DNA of 64,000 bases from Lautropia sp. (GTDB lineage: Bacteria > Pseudomonadota > Gammaproteobacteria > Burkholderiales > Burkholderiaceae_E). The stretch is taken from positions 142,475-206,474 of the forward strand of contig JBFWSZ010000009.1 in NCBI GenBank assembly GCA_050248115.1. The letters are read 5' to 3'. The notes below the pieces were generated by a model. It did no database searches. It was not told where the DNA came from and saw only the letters and a list, made by a program, of their open reading frames with translations. Positions 62,968 to 64,000 of the stretch are shown here, piece after piece. Within the stretch, counting starts at the first letter, position 1. Every line of letters begins with the position of its first letter. The translations under genes and the position numbers were made by a program.

Positions 62968-63725
62968 TGCTGACGGTCGATCGGGTGACGCGGCGCTTCG
63001 GCGGCCTCGTGGCCGTCGACGAGGCATCGCTGCAGGTGGACGCGGGGCGGATCGTCGCGCTGATCGGGCCCAACGGCGCCGGCAAGACCACGCTGTTCGC
63101 GACGATCGCCGGCTTTCTCGGGACCCATGGCGGCAGCATCGCGTTCGAAGGCCGGCGCATCGACGGTCTCGCACCGCATCAGATCTGTCGGCTCGGGATC
63201 GCCCGGACGTTCCAGATCGTGCAGCCGTTCGCCGGGTTGAGCGTGCGCGAGAACATCGCGATCGGCGCGCATCTGCATGCACCGCGGCGTGCCGACGCGA
63301 TGCGTGCCGCCGGCGACGTGGCGAAGCGACTCGGCATGGCCGACATGCTCGACCAGCCGGCGCAGGACCTCACCGTCGCCGGGCGCAAGCGGCTCGAGCT
63401 GGCCAGGGCGCTCGCGACCGGCCCGAAGCTGCTGCTGCTGGACGAAGTGATGGCCGGCCTGATACCGGGCGAGGTCGACGAGACCGTCGCGATGATCCGT
63501 CGGATCCGCGACGAAGGCGTGACTATCCTGCTGATCGAACACGTGATGCAGGCGGTGATGAGCCTGTCCGAGCACGTGTACGTCCTCAACCAGGGCAAGA
63601 TGATCGCGGACGGCCCCCCGGCCCGGCTGGTGTCCGACGCGCGCGTCATCGAGGCCTACCTGGGGGAGGGCGCGGCCGAGCGGCTGGCCCGTTCGACACG
63701 GCGCGAGCAGGGCGGTCCGGCATGA
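62967..63725 (+). CDS. livG: Branched-chain amino acid-type ABC ATPase (LivG-like)
   Basis: ATG at 62967 (TGATG overlap) in ORF 62133-63725. Contains RRFGGLVAVDEASL, Walker A GPNGAGKTT, signature region LTVAGRKRLELARAL and Walker B LLLDEV. Confidence 0.85.
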   Translation: MLTVDRVTRRFGGLVAVDEASLQVDAGRIVALIGPNGAGKTTLFATIAGFLGTHGGSIAFEGRRIDGLAPHQICRLGIARTFQIVQPFAGLSVRENIAIGAHLHAPRRADAMRAAGDVAKRLGMADMLDQPAQDLTVAGRKRLELARALATGPKLLLLDEVMAGLIPGEVDETVAMIRRIRDEGVTILLIEHVMQAVMSLSEHVYVLNQGKMIADGPPARLVSDARVIEAYLGEGAAERLARSTRREQGGPA

Positions 63726-64000
63726 GCGACGTATTGCTCGAGATCAGCGGCCTGCGTGCAGGCTATGGTCCGGTCGAGATCCTGCGCGGCATCGACATGC
63801 GGATCCTCGCAGGCGAGATCGTCGCCGTGCTCGGATCGAACGGCGTCGGGAAGTCGACGCTGAACAACGTCATCAGCGGGATCGTCGCGCCGACCGCGGG
63901 GCGCATCGTGTTCGCGGGCGACGACATCACCGGCGCGGCACCGAAGCGGATCGTCGAGCGCGGGCTCGCGCAGGTGCCGGAAGGCCGGCGGGTGTTTCCC
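63722..64000 (+). CDS. livF: Branched-chain amino acid-type ABC ATPase (LivF-like), 5' part; runs off the window end
   Basis: Own translation from the ATG at 63722 (ATGA overlap): MSDVLLEISGLRAGYGPVEILRGIDMRILAGEIVAVLGSNGVGKSTLNNVISGIV... Confidence 0.8.
   Translation, partial: MSDVLLEISGLRAGYGPVEILRGIDMRILAGEIVAVLGSNGVGKSTLNNVISGIVAPTAGRIVFAGDDITGAAPKRIVERGLAQVPEGRRVFP

Noticed and set aside
1-64000. Search for tRNA, rRNA, CRISPR arrays, IS elements, prophage or defence-system genes
   Set aside because: I saw no cloverleaf-capable conserved tRNA motifs, no rRNA-like stretches, no regularly spaced direct repeats, and no transposase, phage or defence domains in any frame. The only mobility-related gene is the lone atypical tyrosine recombinase.

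Overview
Very GC-rich bacterial chromosomal segment, almost entirely coding. I call 57 protein-coding genes. I found no rRNA, tRNA, CRISPR array or IS element. All family assignments were made by eye from the supplied translations; no search was run. Four 'Bug'-type tripartite tricarboxylate transporter (TTT) binding-protein genes lie here with no tctA or tctB nearby. This points to a Burkholderiales-type betaproteobacterium (inference).

The window is a patchwork of accessory catabolic operons. Many genes are joined by 1-, 4- or 8-nt start/stop overlaps.

1. 1-5389 (-): LysR regulator, hyuA, hyuB and a Liv-type binding protein.
2. 5565-16805 (+): three hydantoin-racemase-like paralogues, an HMG-CoA-lyase-like lyase, a split MaoC hydratase, an acyl-CoA ligase, an FAD oxidase, an MBL hydrolase, RidA and two Bug proteins.
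3. 17553-24570 (+): ACS-like ligase, an atypical acyl-CoA dehydrogenase (ACAD), MmgE/PrpD, an SDR and a single-chain aconitase-X (AcnX).
4. 26688-33977 (+): a second atypical ACAD, a four-domain rhodanese, a DszC-like monooxygenase, two flavin reductases, a PaaK-type ligase and IclR.
5. 34028-42689 (+): CaiB-type CoA-transferase, an ICL/PEP-mutase-family enzyme, a NitT/TauT-type ABC importer with an embedded Zn-ADH, a second MmgE/PrpD and NIPSNAP.
6. 42744-52007 (-): a seven-gene operon under a divergent MocR regulator. It holds a peptide-type ABC importer, a ThDP enzyme and a two-subunit N,N-dimethylformamidase (DMFase)-like amidase.
7. 53727-55430: a hemerythrin gene and a lone, atypical tyrosine recombinase. 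They are separated by a perfect 12-bp inverted repeat flanking 78 bp.
8. 55654-59747 (+): a complex iron-sulfur molybdoenzyme (CISM) in NrfD / molybdopterin / 4Fe-4S order whose catalytic subunit has no Tat signal.
9. 59794-64000 (+): a livKHMGF-type importer.

The best leads for undescribed biology are these:
- the ACAD (no catalytic glutamate) / tetra-rhodanese / DszC-like / PaaK-like module;
- the Tat-less CISM;
- the MocR-controlled DMFase-like operon;
- the AcnX-containing CoA operon;
- the three single-cysteine racemase-fold paralogues;
- the inverted repeat next to the recombinase.

The many long Arg/Ala/Gly-rich ORFs antisense to these genes are GC-driven shadow ORFs and were rejected.
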